Program-made: the position numbers and the translations under genes
Part shown: positions 62,621 through 64,000 of the stretch, in pieces
Position numbering within the stretch: the stretch's first letter is position 1
Layout of the letters: every line of letters begins with the position of its first letter
Origin: Actinomycetota bacterium
GTDB taxonomy: Bacteria; Actinomycetota; Actinomycetes; S36-B12; FW305-bin1
Length of the DNA: 64,000 nt
Reading direction: 5' to 3'
NCBI GenBank assembly: GCA_004297305.1
Contig: SCTR01000007.1
Span: 106,871 to 170,870, forward strand
Notes under the pieces: model-generated
Databases searched by the model: none
Seen by the model: only the letters and a program-made list of their open reading frames with translations
Told to the model about the DNA's origin: nothing

Positions 62621-62624
62621 CTTG

Positions 62625-63083
62625 CTAACCTTTCTGGCGCTTCGCACGATTCGCCTCGGCGGCCCTCCAGGCCGTCAAGCGCTTCCGAGCTTCCCGGATC
62701 TCTCTGTTCTGCTGGCGCTGGCTGTCGTCTCCACCTTTGTCGTAGCCGTGCAGAAGCAAGATCGCCCTGTCTCCGTAGAAGTGGACGAAGAGTCGCAGCA
62801 GGATCTTCTTCTGCGTCGGCAGCCCCTCATCCCGTTCATGGCCAGCGAGCCTCTTGATGGTGGCCGCGTCGTGTCTCACTCTGAACTCGTGAAGGCCCTC
62901 ACCAAGAGCCTTCAGCCACGGGGTCGATCCCAGCTCGATTCCATGAATCTCCAGAAACCGGACGATGCCAGCTCCGAGCGCCGCAAACTCGGCCGGCGTC
63001 AGCGAGTCCATCCAGAGCTCGACCGGACGACGTCCTGCGTCGTCCTCGTAGAACTCCGCCGTCCAAGCCCCGGGCTCGGTCAC
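62625..63083 (-). CDS. Type II toxin, RelE/ParE superfamily (phage Gp49/HigB-like)
   Basis: WTAEFYEDDAGRRPV..W, KALGEGLHEFRV, LRLFVHF, ILLLHGYDK, REIREARKR; GGAAGG RBS before GTG 63083. Confidence 0.88.
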   Translation of the reverse strand: MTEPGAWTAEFYEDDAGRRPVELWMDSLTPAEFAALGAGIVRFLEIHGIELGSTPWLKALGEGLHEFRVRHDAATIKRLAGHERDEGLPTQKKILLRLFVHFYGDRAILLLHGYDKGGDDSQRQQNREIREARKRLTAWRAAEANRAKRQKG

Positions 63084-63450
63084 GGGTCGACCTTCCCATC
63101 GACCTCCGACACCGGCGCCGAGAGCCGCTTGCCAATCTCGGTATCGCAGTCGGCAGCGGCGCGCTGGTGGCGCATGGCTCCACCCGGGTGTTGCCCAGTC
63201 GGTCCATGGGCTCTGCAAGCGTCGCGCCTGTCTGGGCCGCGGGGGCCGCGCCGGTGGCGAAGGTCGTGCCAGCGCGGGTCGTCGCGGCTGGCCTCGGCAC
63301 GGCCAGGTGGGACATCCATGGGGGTCGAGGCGCTATGTCCGCCCCCCGGCGGGAGGGGAAGAAGCAAGGCAGCTCGGCGAGCCCACCGAACCGCAGCGGA
63401 CACCAGGCAGCGAGCAGCGCCATCAGTGTTTGTAGCGTCCGGCAGGTTCA
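63080..63450 (-). pseudogene. Tyrosine integrase remnant (L5/phiRv2-like), frameshifted and internally deleted
   Basis: LLAAWCPLRFGGLAEL (box I), WHDLRH at 63254-63271, AAQTGATLAEPMDRLGN, AMRHQRAA...EIGKRLS, split across frames. Confidence 0.85.
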
Positions 63451-63615
63451 GGGACGCTTACGCTCCAGCGTTCCCGCTAGTTGCGCTGCCGCGGGAATTA
63501 GACAGACTTCATCTGGCAAGACTGGTCTTATCTGTCAGGCGCCACTGGTGCCTGACGCCGCCACTCGACCTGAGAGTTCTGTGATCTCGTGTAGTAGCGC
63601 CATGGACCTGCGCAT

Positions 63616-63644
63616 ACTGACTCAAACCCATATCGCCTACCAGA
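63616..63644 (+). repeat. attR-like degenerate copy of the tRNA-Val(CAC) 3' end
   Basis: ACTGACTCAAACCCA-TATCGCCTACCAGA vs ACTGGTTCAAACCCAGTATCGCCCACCAGA: 26 of 30 aligned positions identical. Confidence 0.85.
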
Positions 63645-63750
63645 GAACGTGATCCGGCGCCGAGCAGCGTGCCGCGGTTCATATAACCGGCCCGGACGCC
63701 CCAGCCATGGATGAGCTTGGCCAGGATCGGCTGGCGGACGGCAACCCTTC

Positions 63751-64000
63751 CTAGAAGGGTGGGGGTCCGACCAGGGTGATGCCACCGTTTTGCTGAGCGC
63801 TGAGTGCGATCCTGGCGAAGTCCACGATGCAGGTCGAACCTTCGAATGGCTCGCTGGCGCCGCGGTAGAAGGTCTCGCACTCGCAGGTTGGCTGGATGCC
63901 GAGCACCTTGGCCGTTGCGCTCTTGACGGTGAAGGCGTGAGGCACCCCCGCGGGAACCATGACGAAGTCGCCGGTGCCGAGCTCGTGTTCGTCGTCGTTG
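63751..64000 (-). CDS. Cupin domain protein (5' end lies beyond the window)
   Basis: ELGTGDFVMVPAGVPHAFTV cupin motif 2; frame is open to the window end. Confidence 0.8.
   Translation of the reverse strand, partial: NDDEHELGTGDFVMVPAGVPHAFTVKSATAKVLGIQPTCECETFYRGASEPFEGSTCIVDFARIALSAQQNGGITLVGPPPF

Noticed and set aside
63167-63652. 161-aa plus-strand ORF
   Set aside because: It is antisense to the integrase remnant and has no recognisable protein features.

Overview
High-GC actinobacterial chromosome segment, mostly conserved core genes. In order: hrdB/sigA, topoisomerase IV parE...parC, sepH/hemH, the DUF4193-DUF3093-dut-DUF3710-OB-fold-DUF3159-trkA/trkA-KimA-like-TRAM block, acnA, dxs, rnd, DUF3000, hemE-hemG-hemQ-msrB, Prim-PolC/LigC, zapE, a tRNA Gly-Cys-Val cluster, a PabB/PabC-like pair and tRNA-Val(CAC). 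The strongest non-routine signal is at the right end: a ~1.9 kb relic integrative element bounded by the 3' end of tRNA-Val(CAC) and a degenerate copy of it at 63616-63644. It holds a frameshifted, internally deleted tyrosine-integrase remnant, an intact toxin-first RelE/Gp49-XRE toxin-antitoxin pair with its own antitoxin promoter/operator, and a small Cys/His protein. Other oddities: a diguanylate cyclase inside the hemG-hemQ run; a 36-bp tandem repeat that keeps hemE and hemG in frame across a single TGA; several short tandem repeats; and candidate regulatory sites (a shared ECF-type promoter at hrdB and the DUF7455-like gene, an iron box at the FTR1 permease, a palindrome at acnA). All family names come from motif recognition and recalled synteny, not database searches. 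Start codons were chosen by eye.
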